Shown: positions 1-10,092 of the stretch, piece after piece | Position numbering within the stretch: position 1 is the first letter of the stretch | Layout: every line of letters starts with the position of its first letter | NCBI GenBank assembly: GCA_963674705.1 | Contig: OY771506.1 | Coordinates: 5,475,118-5,539,117 of the forward strand | From: Phycisphaeraceae bacterium | Lineage (GTDB): Bacteria > Planctomycetota > Phycisphaerae > Phycisphaerales > Phycisphaeraceae | DNA length: 64,000 nt | Reading direction: 5' to 3' | Program-made: the position numbers and the translations under genes | The notes under the pieces: model-generated | Told to the model about the DNA's origin: nothing | Seen by the model: the letters and a program-made list of their open reading frames with translations, nothing else | Databases searched by the model: none

Positions 1-181
1 CGACGGCAACGCGTACCGCGTCCCCCGCTTCCACCGGCGTCCACAGAAGGATATCGGTGACATCATCACGCGTGCCGATACGCTCGACACGTGGGTACAA
101 CACAAATGCAACGACCAAAGCCAACGCCACGACGAGCAGGACCTTGTGCGTATCGATGAATTCAAGCGACCGACGGTACAT
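1..181 (-). CDS. N-terminus (partial) of a membrane-anchored protein, probably an ABC sugar solute-binding protein
   Basis: Manual translation from ATG at 181: MYRRSLEFIDTHKVLLVVALALVVAFVLYPRVERIGTRDDVTDILLWTPVEAGDAVRVAV... One hydrophobic anchor followed by a 'LLW' strand typical of SBP starts. Runs off the window edge. Confidence 0.55.
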   Translation of the reverse strand, partial: MYRRSLEFIDTHKVLLVVALALVVAFVLYPRVERIGTRDDVTDILLWTPVEAGDAVRVAV

Positions 182-249
182 GCGTGAAGTTCAGTGGTTC
201 AGTTGCGGGTGCGAATCGATGCCGAGTGAAAGAAAACGAATACTACCAG

Positions 250-290
250 AAAAAACAACGGACCCTCCGCGAGAGGAGAGTCCGTTGTTA
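250..290 (-). terminator. Intrinsic terminator downstream of the PEP-CTERM gene
   Basis: Imperfect stem aacaacggac-cctc..gagg-gtccgttgtt preceded by an A-run on + (U-tail on the minus strand). Confidence 0.6.
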
Positions 291-396
291 CTATTTTGGA
301 GGCTTATTCATGTGTGGCACGGTTGAAGCGTGATCGAGTAACCGACATGTACGGCGTCTATTCAATCGTCTGCCACGGTTTAAACATCAATAAGCA

Positions 397-1185
397 TTAA
401 CGACGACGCAACGCAGCCAGGCCACCGAGTGCCAGCAGCGAAAGCGTTGCGGGTTCGGGCACAGCGGCTGCGGCCGGTGGCGTGCCTTCGTTCCAGTGAT
501 TCAGCACGATATCCAGGTCGTCCAGGCCGACGTAGTTATCACCCGAGGGATCGGCCAGCGGATTGCCGGGCGGGATCGTCTGGTTCCAGCTAGTCAGAAC
601 GATGTCCAGGTCGTCCAGGCCGACGAAGCCGTCGCCGTTGAGGTCACCCGGGATGCCGGAAGACGTGGCATATTCGATAGCGGTGGAGGTGGTGCCATCC
701 GTGCTGACGTAGACGGTGCCGGAGATGGTTGCGTCGGCGTCATTCAGGACGGTGATGCGTGCAAGCAGGCCGTTGTAGGTGGCGATGGGCAGCGGCGCAC
801 CGACGGACAGCGGGAAGTCGCCGCTCGGGCTTGAAAGGTCGCCACCAAGTTTATCGCCATAGGCGTAGTGTGAATCCGCGCCGAGGGCGGGGAAGATCGA
901 GACAGCGGCCGGATTGGGCGCGGCATCGTCGGCTTCTTCCAGCGAGTGATTGTAGATCGTACCGACGGTCGAGAGATCGACATCATACGACAGCAGCAGA
1001 TCGGTTTCGGAATCGACCAGCAAGTCAATGATAGTGGCATCGGCCAGAGCGGGATCATCGGCGATCTGGGCTGCGCTCGGTGCATAGACGTCGACGGTAA
1101 CGATCGCGGCCTGGGTTGCCGATGCGGACAACACGAGTGCCGCGGCACAGGCGGTCAAGGTCCTGGCGCTAATGTTCATGGTCAT
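397..1185 (-). CDS. PEP-CTERM exosortase-sorted surface protein with dockerin-like Ca-binding repeats
   Basis: Signal peptide. Duplicated GDLNGDGFVGLDDLDIVL / ADPSGDNYVGLDDLDIVL. C-terminus VPEPATLSLLALGGLAALRRR. Confidence 0.9.
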   Translation of the reverse strand: MTMNISARTLTACAAALVLSASATQAAIVTVDVYAPSAAQIADDPALADATIIDLLVDSETDLLLSYDVDLSTVGTIYNHSLEEADDAAPNPAAVSIFPALGADSHYAYGDKLGGDLSSPSGDFPLSVGAPLPIATYNGLLARITVLNDADATISGTVYVSTDGTTSTAIEYATSSGIPGDLNGDGFVGLDDLDIVLTSWNQTIPPGNPLADPSGDNYVGLDDLDIVLNHWNEGTPPAAAAVPEPATLSLLALGGLAALRRR

Positions 1186-1665
1186 ATCCTTTGTCTAGTT
1201 GACGAACCTGATACGGTCCGGGACACACGGTTCTGCGAGCGCGATCCGCTTTCCACTGCTCGCCCGCCGCCCCTACACGGGACGACGCGGTTCAACAAAG
1301 AACGGCCAAGCCTCGATACGAAAACCAAACGATCAGGCGCACAATATCTGCCTGCCGAAGGTTCACGATGTGATCCTGTTCCGTCCTCCGCTCCTCCAAT
1401 CAATCTTAAAACAAACAAACCATCCAAGTGCTGCCCGGCAAACGTCGGCCCCCGACTTCACGGTGAATTGAGGAAAAAATGAGTCTCTCAATGCTGGCTC
1501 ATCTACTTTTCCTGAGTCCTCCAACGTCTACCGCTCTTACACAAATACGCTTGCATACGCAGTGTATGCATTGTACTCAAAACCCCTCACCCGTCAACAC
1601 TAAATAGGCATTTCTCGCGTTTTCCAAAGGAAATTTCACCTCTGAAACGGACCAGCCGTAAGGAC

Positions 1666-4473
1666 TCATCCAATCCCCTTATTGCTTGTGATTACAAGAG
1701 ATACCGTATTGACCTGCTTGGGATTCATTGTTAGCTCAACGAATGAGCCATTGATCCTTAACTCACCGCCTGCAACCGGCTGGCTTTCGAGGTTTACGAG
1801 GTACGCCTGGGTGATCTCGAACAGCGATTGGAGCTTGACCGTCGCCTGTTTGTTGGTGGGATTGAACAACCGGACCTCGGTCCTGTCCCCTACCTTCCGG
1901 GCGCTGGTCAGTACAGCGGGAGCGGTCACACTCAACAGGCTGGCCGAGTCTTCCAGATCGGTGTCGAACTCGCGGTGACGCTTGATGTCGTCTTGACGGA
2001 TGTAGACCGCACGCAATCCGGCAGCAACCTGCGCGGCATACTTGAAGAGCTTTGCACGGTCGGGTTCGCCGGTCAGCGGAACGATCCAGTAACGGAACGT
2101 GTGTTTGCCAAGCACCTGGCCGTCCGGTTCACCGTGAGTGAAAGGCGTGTTGCTGATGCCACGCAACAGTGTCAGCGCGAGCGGTCGCTGCGGTTGGTCA
2201 CGGATCGCTGTTTCGTAGAGCCCGGTACTGACCACCGCCAAGCCGCGCTTGTTGTCAAAAACCGCGGTGAAGCCTTGCTGCGGCTTTGTTTCTGTTTCCA
2301 GTTCACGGTAAATGTGGTTGTCTTCGCGCAGCGAGATCTTGCGTTCAACGACATCGAACGGCGTGTCGCTGATATAAGTATCCGTCTTGGTACCGCTGGG
2401 CATCAACACGCGCAGGCGATGGTTCTCGGCAGTGTTGTCAACCGTCGTTTCGATCTCGAGTCGGTCGGAGCCTGGCCGGAGACTGATCTTGGAATCGATG
2501 ATCAGTTCGGTCAGTTCCTGTGTGCGCGTGTTGTCCTTACGGTTGAGTCCCTTTGGCACGCGGAACGTATTGCGGATACGGAAGGTTGTCAGCATCGGGC
2601 CGTCATGGACCAGCGCGACTTCTGCGGGGCTTGCGGTTGTCGTGAAAGCCTGGTCGTTGACCGCGGGGCCGTGGAACCAGCCGTCGCCGATGTCTGCGAT
2701 ATCTTCGTAGGTCAAGAGCCTTTCGTAGACTTCGCCGCTGCGTTTATCGGTGAGTGTGACCGAGCCGTTGGATTCGATCTGGACCTTGATGTGTTCATTT
2801 TCCATCGAGCGATCGCTCTTAGCCATACTCGGCCCAGCCGGGTGACGTGTAGCAAGCGCTGCGGAATAGAACGGCGGATTGTCTACGGTTTTTTCACCTT
2901 CGCGCAGGGTCAATGTCGTATAACCCATCGCGGGGATCGACACGGAAAGACTTACGCGCACTTCGGTGATATCCCAACCTGCGCTGAAACGCTTGGGCCA
3001 GGTGCGGAACCGGGCCCGATCTTTTCGTTGGCCGATGCGCTGGTAGGCAACTTCATTGCCCTGACTATCATAAATACGGAATGCGGGTTTCGGCTCGTAA
3101 CCGAAGAACTCGTTGAAGTTGCCCCACTCGCGCGGGACTTCCAGTAGCAATTCAGTCGTTTCGTTGATTGGTTCGGTGGCAGGGTTGAACACCACGATGC
3201 GCACTTCATCCTTCGGTACGTCGCCTTTTATCTGCGCGCCGATAGTCATCAACGCTTCAGTTGTCTGGCGTTCTGCGATCTGCTCGCATTGCATGAAGCG
3301 AAACTTCATGCCCTCATGAACCGCATCAATGCTGCAACCACAGATCGAATCATGCGGGTGATTCTTGATCAGCCACTTCCATGCGACATCAAAGAATCCT
3401 TGCGGGTATTCACGACCTAGCAGGTGGTGCGCGAGTGTTGTGAAAGGCTCGGCCCAACGGCAGAGCATGTTTTCACACAAGGCGTTCCATTGCTTGATCC
3501 ACACCCGGCTGGACAACACGCCGGGGATCACCCATTGGAAGTCCATATCCGCCTGCGATAGGCCCGGCTCGCGTAGTTCGCCGGTCATGCGTGTGCTGAT
3601 CTTATCCTTATGCTCAAGCATCTCATCGAGATACTGATCGAGTGATGAGTGCACGATGTCGCAAGGCAGTGACTTCTGATCGCCGGCCTGCATCAGGACC
3701 TGATAATCGTTAGGGTCCCATTCCAGGTGGTCGCCGCCGTCGAACAGCAGGATCGGATCGATCTCGGTTTCCTTGCATTCAAGGTCGACGAAGTCGGCGA
3801 GGAACTTGGGGTGCTTCTTGGGATCGAATTCGTAGAGTTCCTTATCAGCGCATCGGCGTACGAGGAAAGCATACGTGCAGTAGCCCGTGGTGCCGAAGCG
3901 GTAGCAAGGCAGTTCGGTGCCATCAGCGCCAACCCACATGATGTGGCGTTTACCGAGCATGTTGGTTCCGCGCCAGATGAATCCACCTGGGATATCGAAA
4001 CCGGCAAAGATCTGCGGTAACTGGCTGATCTGTCCGAACAGGTCGCAGGCGAAGCCGGCTTTAGAAGGTTCGGTACCGAAGTCGCGCGCGATCTGCCTGC
4101 CGATACGGATGTTACGGATGATCGATTCGCCCGAAACCAGGAACTCATCCGGCAGGACGTACCACGGGCCGATGACGAGCATGCCTTCGATAGCGCGTTG
4201 CTCGAGCAGTTCGCGTTTTTCGGGACGGACTTCGAGGTAGTCTTCAAGGATGATGGCTTGGCCGTCGGTCTGAAACGGGCCTTGAAGGATGCCTTCATCC
4301 ATCCCCTTGAGGGTGTTATCGAAGAGGCGCACCAGGCGGTTGCGATAGTCCTGAAAATTCTGGTACCACTCGCGGTCCCAGTGGGTGCTAAGGACATAAT
4401 GCGCGGTGCGCTTGGCGGTGTTTGTTTCAGACTTCTGATCGGTTCGGGCGTTATCGTTGGTTACCATACTCAT
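1666..4473 (-). CDS. GH38 alpha-mannosidase-like glycoside hydrolase (MngB-like)
   Basis: HYVLSTHWDREWY zinc motif, GPWYVLPDEFLVSGES, DLFGQ nucleophile region, HPHDSICGCS. 935 aa. Confidence 0.9.
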   Translation of the reverse strand: MSMVTNDNARTDQKSETNTAKRTAHYVLSTHWDREWYQNFQDYRNRLVRLFDNTLKGMDEGILQGPFQTDGQAIILEDYLEVRPEKRELLEQRAIEGMLVIGPWYVLPDEFLVSGESIIRNIRIGRQIARDFGTEPSKAGFACDLFGQISQLPQIFAGFDIPGGFIWRGTNMLGKRHIMWVGADGTELPCYRFGTTGYCTYAFLVRRCADKELYEFDPKKHPKFLADFVDLECKETEIDPILLFDGGDHLEWDPNDYQVLMQAGDQKSLPCDIVHSSLDQYLDEMLEHKDKISTRMTGELREPGLSQADMDFQWVIPGVLSSRVWIKQWNALCENMLCRWAEPFTTLAHHLLGREYPQGFFDVAWKWLIKNHPHDSICGCSIDAVHEGMKFRFMQCEQIAERQTTEALMTIGAQIKGDVPKDEVRIVVFNPATEPINETTELLLEVPREWGNFNEFFGYEPKPAFRIYDSQGNEVAYQRIGQRKDRARFRTWPKRFSAGWDITEVRVSLSVSIPAMGYTTLTLREGEKTVDNPPFYSAALATRHPAGPSMAKSDRSMENEHIKVQIESNGSVTLTDKRSGEVYERLLTYEDIADIGDGWFHGPAVNDQAFTTTASPAEVALVHDGPMLTTFRIRNTFRVPKGLNRKDNTRTQELTELIIDSKISLRPGSDRLEIETTVDNTAENHRLRVLMPSGTKTDTYISDTPFDVVERKISLREDNHIYRELETETKPQQGFTAVFDNKRGLAVVSTGLYETAIRDQPQRPLALTLLRGISNTPFTHGEPDGQVLGKHTFRYWIVPLTGEPDRAKLFKYAAQVAAGLRAVYIRQDDIKRHREFDTDLEDSASLLSVTAPAVLTSARKVGDRTEVRLFNPTNKQATVKLQSLFEITQAYLVNLESQPVAGGELRINGSFVELTMNPKQVNTVSLVITSNKGIG

Positions 4474-4475
4474 AG

Positions 4476-6380
4476 TTATTCTTTAGCCTTGACTTTCAGG
4501 TTGACTGCGGTGGGTACAGAGTGCGCCACATCTTCCAGTCTAGCATCTGCGGCCGCCCCTTCGCTATCCAGAACAATATAGGGCGAGAAGGCATAGTCCA
4601 TGTGCTGCATCTGGCTATTTTCGGTGTAAGTAATACGCGGTTCGTAATCGGGCTCGGAATCAACCTTTACCTTGTACGTAACTTCCTGCGACTTGCCAAA
4701 AGCCAGGCCGTCGACATCGGCGCTGCCTTTCACAAGCTCGACCGTCCAGGTATCGGACAGGCCCTTGATCTGGATCATGCCGCTGATTTTTTGCGGGGTG
4801 GTATTGAGGATACGGGCGGTCAGGGTGAGTGTGTCGCCCAGGCCGATCTCAGGCTTATCCACCTGGAGCATCATGTAAGGCAGTTCCTGGTTGTCCAGGT
4901 CTCTGAACGCGAAGTGACGTGTGCCGGGCTTTAAAAGATGGACGGCGGCGGCCTCTCCGGGGCCTAGCGATACACGGACATCTTTGAATTCGCTGCCCGA
5001 TTCAACGAGCACCGCACGATCCACTCCCTGGAAAGACTCGGTCACTTTATCAACCGTCAGCACGCGGTCGGCATCTTCGGCTTTGAAGTGCAAACGCAAC
5101 TCGGTATCAATCTCTCTGTCGGTCGGGTTATGCATGACGAACGAATAGAGCGTCTGGCCGGCTTCGTTGACGTGCCGGGTGGCGACGGCGTCGAGTTCGT
5201 GTTCACCGTCACCGCGGATGGTGTGGTAGCACATGTCGCCGATGACATTGCGGAAAAGCCAGTAAGGCCAGTAGGTCCCCATCAACGGTGCACCGGTGTT
5301 ATCCATCACGCCAAAGACATGGTTACCTGATTCGTTATAACCAAGTGTGGTGAAGTGATGGATGCTGAGGATACGGTCCTGAATATCAAGGAAGCGAAAA
5401 TGCCTACCGAGCATGTACTGGACCTTGGGCCAGCCGCCGTACCAGGCGTCGGTTTCCGTGATGGAGATGCGTCCGTCGCCTTTGCCGGGAAGTGCGCGGA
5501 ACTTGTCGGTCTTGTCGATCAGTTCGGCTTGCAGGTCTTTGGGTGTGCGGTCCTGGCCGTGGTAGATATGGTGGATGACGAAGTCGGCCTGATCGCCGCA
5601 GGCTGCGAGGAAGTCGACATACCACTCTCCGGGCTCAGCCCAGTAAGCGGGCGTCAGCGCGGGGCCGCCGACCATGAGGTCCGGGTGTTCTTTGTGCAAA
5701 CGTTTGGCTGCGGTATTGAAGAGTTCGAAGTAGCTCTCGCGTGTCCCGCCATAGAACATCGGCATGTTCGGCTCGTTCCAGATTTCGACATAGCGGAGCC
5801 TGGGCGTCACGGATCGGTCCGGGCCGTTGTAATCCGTGACGACTGCGGCGGCGAACTCGGCCCATTCATCTTTATCTTTTACGGGGTCCTTTTCATCTTC
5901 GGAGCGGTTCCAGTCCACGTTGTAACAGAGCAGCGAAAGGCGTTCGGTGCCGAGTTCATCGAGAAATGCTTCGTAATCTTCACGGTCATCGACAAAACGA
6001 ACCATATCTTCGGGGTGCAGCTTGTCCCAGTTGTAGACATTGGGATCGTCATTGTCATTTTCAGGCTCCATCAGGTGAATCCAGGTTTCCATGCGGATCA
6101 TGGTTTCTTGCGGATTCAGCAGCAGGTAGCTGGGCATGAGTGTGGGATTGTCTTTGGCGACGCTCCAGACTTTAGGCAGACCTTCAAGGCTGTACAGAGC
6201 GCGATTGATGCAGCCGGTTTTATTGGTCCAGTCAACGGAGATGATGGTTTGCGCATCCTCCTCTGCCAGCGATCGCGAACAAGTTGTCGCGATGGTGAGT
6301 ACAGCGACGAGGCATAGCAGCCATTGGCGCATGTGGGGTGCATGTTGTGGGTTGGATCGGTGAGAAGTTTGTTGATTCAT
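4476..6380 (-). CDS. Secreted clan GH-A hydrolase (GH39-like) with C-terminal NEW3-like beta domain
   Basis: Start moved to MNQQ (6380); MRQWLL is an alternative. Signal peptide, YVEIWNEPN acid/base, VGGPA, ITETD nucleophile, C-terminal GDTLTLTARILN...W.V...LAFGKSQEVTYKV. Confidence 0.75.
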   Translation of the reverse strand: MNQQTSHRSNPQHAPHMRQWLLCLVAVLTIATTCSRSLAEEDAQTIISVDWTNKTGCINRALYSLEGLPKVWSVAKDNPTLMPSYLLLNPQETMIRMETWIHLMEPENDNDDPNVYNWDKLHPEDMVRFVDDREDYEAFLDELGTERLSLLCYNVDWNRSEDEKDPVKDKDEWAEFAAAVVTDYNGPDRSVTPRLRYVEIWNEPNMPMFYGGTRESYFELFNTAAKRLHKEHPDLMVGGPALTPAYWAEPGEWYVDFLAACGDQADFVIHHIYHGQDRTPKDLQAELIDKTDKFRALPGKGDGRISITETDAWYGGWPKVQYMLGRHFRFLDIQDRILSIHHFTTLGYNESGNHVFGVMDNTGAPLMGTYWPYWLFRNVIGDMCYHTIRGDGEHELDAVATRHVNEAGQTLYSFVMHNPTDREIDTELRLHFKAEDADRVLTVDKVTESFQGVDRAVLVESGSEFKDVRVSLGPGEAAAVHLLKPGTRHFAFRDLDNQELPYMMLQVDKPEIGLGDTLTLTARILNTTPQKISGMIQIKGLSDTWTVELVKGSADVDGLAFGKSQEVTYKVKVDSEPDYEPRITYTENSQMQHMDYAFSPYIVLDSEGAAADARLEDVAHSVPTAVNLKVKAKE

Positions 6381-6592
6381 GTTACCTGACCGTTGAATGA
6401 CCATGCCGGATCCCCCCGGACATCCCCGGATACACCCCGCCCCCCGGATATCCCCGAAAACCAGCGAGACGATTACGGCGTTAGCCGCGACAGTTCCATA
6501 AGAGGGATTCATCACTCTCGATCCATGGAGCATTCGTGGTTGATTGCATCAAAAGCACAAAGCCATAGCCCGGTGGAGTGAAGCATCGAACT

Positions 6593-6627
6593 AAAAAGCG
6601 GCGGCACGCGATCAAGCGTACCACCGC
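6593..6627 (-). terminator. Intrinsic terminator
   Basis: Minus strand reads gcggtggtacgc-ttgatc-gcgtgccgccgc-ttttt, just after the stop at 6642. Confidence 0.7.
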
Positions 6628-6641
6628 AGGGGGGGGTCACA

Positions 6642-7400
6642 TTAATGACGACGGATCAGTGCCAGGCCGCCGAGGCCGAGCAGGGCCAAGGAAGCCGGTT
6701 CGGGCACCACGTCGATTTCCCAGATCAACGGGGAGACGAACGCAGCCGTCAGGCCGTCATCGATGCCGGTCAGCGGGTTGATGCCGTCGGACGGGTCACG
6801 CATCTGCCCGCCGCTGTTATCAACAGCGTAGAACTCGAAGATCAAGTTGGTGACGCCGGTCATAATCGGGGCGCCGGTGTCATCATAAATCCGCATGTAG
6901 GTCGATCCCCAAGCGCCGGCGTTGTTCAGTGTGCCGGACGGATCAGACTGGAAGTAGCCGAGTTGTGCGAAGTTCGCGCCACCGTCAGTGGAGTAGGACA
7001 CGACTGTGGTGGAGAACACACGCCCGTCCTTGCCATCGTTACCGGAAAGGATGCCGATCCAGGGGATATCCGAAGCGCTTGCCAAATCATACTGAACGCG
7101 TTTGGTGGGCGTGTCAGCGCCGGGGAAGTCATTGAGCAGGCCGGCCAGTCCGCTTTCACCGGAGTCATTTGTAAATGCGGGTAGGCCCTGGGGTGCCAAC
7201 GAGTTGCCGGCGGCGGGATTGGCGGGGTGCCAGCCCAGGTCACCGGCCAGTTCGGTGCCGATCAAACCGCTGATAAGGTCGCCCGAGAGGACCATAGCAT
7301 TCAGCGCACTGCCGTCGGCACCATGGTGGGTGTTCGTTACAACCGCTGCGTTAGCGGAAGCCGCAACACACAAACCCAAAACAGAAGCCAATACTTTCAT
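6642..7400 (-). CDS. PEP-CTERM surface protein (paralogue of 8806-9975)
   Basis: Start MKVLASVLGLCVAASANA at 7400 with AGGAGG upstream. C-terminus VPEPASLALLGLGGLALIRRH. Confidence 0.9.
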   Translation of the reverse strand: MKVLASVLGLCVAASANAAVVTNTHHGADGSALNAMVLSGDLISGLIGTELAGDLGWHPANPAAGNSLAPQGLPAFTNDSGESGLAGLLNDFPGADTPTKRVQYDLASASDIPWIGILSGNDGKDGRVFSTTVVSYSTDGGANFAQLGYFQSDPSGTLNNAGAWGSTYMRIYDDTGAPIMTGVTNLIFEFYAVDNSGGQMRDPSDGINPLTGIDDGLTAAFVSPLIWEIDVVPEPASLALLGLGGLALIRRH

Positions 7401-7568
7401 TTCTCTTCCTCCTAACAAAAAGTGTGATAATGACATGACTGTCCTAAAGCACGACGGTCGCATAGAGTCAGACCATCGCGAAAATAAACTACAAAAAACC
7501 GATGTGATCATTTCTTCTTTACTTACACCTCTCTCCCTCTCCCCTGTGTTAAACGATCACAAAAATGC

Positions 7569-8642
7569 TTACTCCAACGGCCGGTCGCTTTCTCTAACGA
7601 CCAGGTCCGGGATATGGCGTATACAACGGTGCGGCGTATCGGGGTCTTCCCACCGCCGTTCGATTTCTTCAACGAGGCGTCTTGCGATCTGCTCGCTGGT
7701 GTGGCCGACCATTGTCAGGGGTACCGGCGAATCCGTCCCGAGGTCCGGGTTGTCCAAGACGATCAGGCTCAGGTCATCGGGGATACGGATGCCGGCCGTG
7801 TGGAATGCCTGCATCGCGCCTTTGGCGCTGGCGTAGCTACCAATCGCCATCGCGGTAAACGGCAGGCCGTTGTGCTTCTCGATTAGCCGTTCCATGCTTT
7901 CACGCATGCCAACAGTCGACGATTCGTTCGGTTGGGTATTTGCAGCGATAACTGGGTCCGGGTCATTGGGAAGCTTTGCCCAGCGAACCAGCGAACGGAA
8001 GTGCTGTTCGAGCTGCTCCCACATGATGCGAGGCTCACCGCTGGCAAGCGCGATACGGCTGTGGCCCAGGCCCATCAAGCGTTCGATCGCGGTTTCCAGA
8101 CCTTGGCGTGCATCGGTGTCCAAGGCATCGATATTCGCACCGTCCAGGCCGCCATCGACCACGACCGCCTGGCTGCGTTTACGCAGGAACGAAAGCAGGT
8201 CTAACGGCACGTGCGGCAGCATCGGCTGCAACACGTACGCATCGGCATGCGGCGCATCACGCAGCATCTCGATCGCACGCTCGTAATCACAGTAGGTCAA
8301 GACAATCGGGCGGTGGCCCTCATCCTTGAGCACCTGATGCAGCGCACGGGTGATCTCGTCGCCGCGGCGGCTGGGATAGTCGCTGCGGAGGATCGTGATC
8401 GTCCGTGCCATCGGGCCGGCGCCTCCTACTACGAATGTACCTCGACCCACCTGGCGTTCCACCAATCCTTCGGTTTCCAGGCTTGAAATCGCACGCTGCA
8501 CCGTAAGCTGGCTGACACCGAATCGACGCATCAACAGCCGGACGGAGGGCAGCTTGCTCCCCGTGTCCATCTGTGCGGCCTGGGTACGCAGTACCTCGGC
8601 GATGCGATCGGGCGTAGTCGGTTGCGTTAAATTGTCAGCCAT
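7569..8642 (-). CDS. GntR-family wHTH fused to a LacI-type sugar-binding domain (AraR-like regulator)
   Basis: KLPSVRLLMRRFGVSQLTVQRAISSLETEGLVERQVGRGTFV followed by a periplasmic-binding-protein fold (LGHSRIA, GIRIPDDLSLI). Start moved to MADNLT. Confidence 0.9.
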   Translation of the reverse strand: MADNLTQPTTPDRIAEVLRTQAAQMDTGSKLPSVRLLMRRFGVSQLTVQRAISSLETEGLVERQVGRGTFVVGGAGPMARTITILRSDYPSRRGDEITRALHQVLKDEGHRPIVLTYCDYERAIEMLRDAPHADAYVLQPMLPHVPLDLLSFLRKRSQAVVVDGGLDGANIDALDTDARQGLETAIERLMGLGHSRIALASGEPRIMWEQLEQHFRSLVRWAKLPNDPDPVIAANTQPNESSTVGMRESMERLIEKHNGLPFTAMAIGSYASAKGAMQAFHTAGIRIPDDLSLIVLDNPDLGTDSPVPLTMVGHTSEQIARRLVEEIERRWEDPDTPHRCIRHIPDLVVRESDRPLE

Positions 8643-8805
8643 AAGACACAATCCAGTTCTTATCGAGGGAAACGTTACACAAGCCTCATCGGCCAGCCCG
8701 GCCCAGCCGGGACAATCCGCCACTATCCCTCGATACCATAAACAACAAGCACGGGCTAACGCGAATCGCGAAACTTTCCACAATCCGCGGCCGTGAGCCG
8801 ACCCA

Positions 8806-9975
8806 TCAGGATCGGCGACGCAGCAGGCCCAGGCCGACGACACTCAGCAGCATCGCCGTAGCCGGTTCGGGCACGACCGAAGGCAGGACTGCCGGGAGAA
8901 TATCGATCTCCCATATCTCAGGAGACACGATCGGCCAAGGTTCATCGGGATTACTCATACGCAAGGCGCCGGTGCTGCCAAAGGAGCCCTGAAGTATCGC
9001 AAGATCGTCATCATTCACCGCACCATCGCCGGTGGCATCACCTGTCGCGCCGGTCGCACCGGAAACCGTGCCGTAGTTCAGTGCGAGGATGTTGTAGTCA
9101 AGCAGGTTGACGATGCCGTCATCGTTGAAGTCAGCCGGGGCAGGCAGGGTGTTGTCATCAGTGCCTGTGAACGGATTGACGCCGAAGAACGGGTCTTCGA
9201 TCGCGTTGTCGGTGTGATGGACCGAGTAGAACTCGATGTTCACGTGCGTGACGCCGGCGGCGAGAACCCCACTGGAATCATCGGTGATTTGCATGTACGT
9301 GGATTGCCAAGTGTTGGTATCAGACGTGTTAACTGTGCCAGTGGCATCGGACTGAAAGTAGCTGCCATTGGGGATAGCAAACGGGTTAGCGTCTTGTTCG
9401 ACTGAATTGGAATCGGTGAATGCTTTGCCGTCGTAGATAACGGTCCCGCCGTTGCCATCTAGGTCGGTCCAGGTCAGACCGCCGTCGGTCGAGACACGGA
9501 TCACGGCTGTGATGAAGACGCGGCCATCCGGATCGTTAGCATTACCACCGAGGATATTGATCTGGCCGATATCAAATGTTCCACCAAGGTCGAAGACAAG
9601 CCGTTTAGTCGGCAGGCCATCGCCGGGGAAGTCATTCAGAAGCCCGTCCAAGGAACCCTTGGGGCCGGAACCGTCTGTGAATGTAGATGTCCCAAAGGGA
9701 TGGTTGGCATCACCGGAAGCAGGATTCGCCGGATGATAACCGGTATCGTCGACAGGCAACCCCAACCCGTTTGTGTATTCAAGTGAGGTGTAAACACCAT
9801 CGCCTGTCACTTTTTCATGTGCAAATATACCTTGAGCCAAGTCAGTGGTACTTAACTGCCCATTAAAGTCGATTGGCGAACCGCCGTGCGAGACAGACAG
9901 GCTTGTCGCGGCCATGCTTGTGCTGGCACCAGCACACAAGGCCAATGCGGCTGACAAAATAACCGTTCTTCTCAT
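8806..9975 (-). CDS. PEP-CTERM surface protein with internal dockerin-like domain
   Basis: Signal peptide. ADFNDDGIVNLLDY / GDATGDGAVNDDDL. C-terminus VPEPATAMLLSVVGLGLLRRRS. Confidence 0.9.
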   Translation of the reverse strand: MRRTVILSAALALCAGASTSMAATSLSVSHGGSPIDFNGQLSTTDLAQGIFAHEKVTGDGVYTSLEYTNGLGLPVDDTGYHPANPASGDANHPFGTSTFTDGSGPKGSLDGLLNDFPGDGLPTKRLVFDLGGTFDIGQINILGGNANDPDGRVFITAVIRVSTDGGLTWTDLDGNGGTVIYDGKAFTDSNSVEQDANPFAIPNGSYFQSDATGTVNTSDTNTWQSTYMQITDDSSGVLAAGVTHVNIEFYSVHHTDNAIEDPFFGVNPFTGTDDNTLPAPADFNDDGIVNLLDYNILALNYGTVSGATGATGDATGDGAVNDDDLAILQGSFGSTGALRMSNPDEPWPIVSPEIWEIDILPAVLPSVVPEPATAMLLSVVGLGLLRRRS

Positions 9976-10092
9976 CTTTAATCCTCCTGGTTTTCTCGAA
10001 CACGCGTTGCCCGAGATGGATTGTGTGATCGTCCAGTACGTACCCTCTTGATGCTCGAATATCGCTGCATATACACGATAACAAGAACTTTA

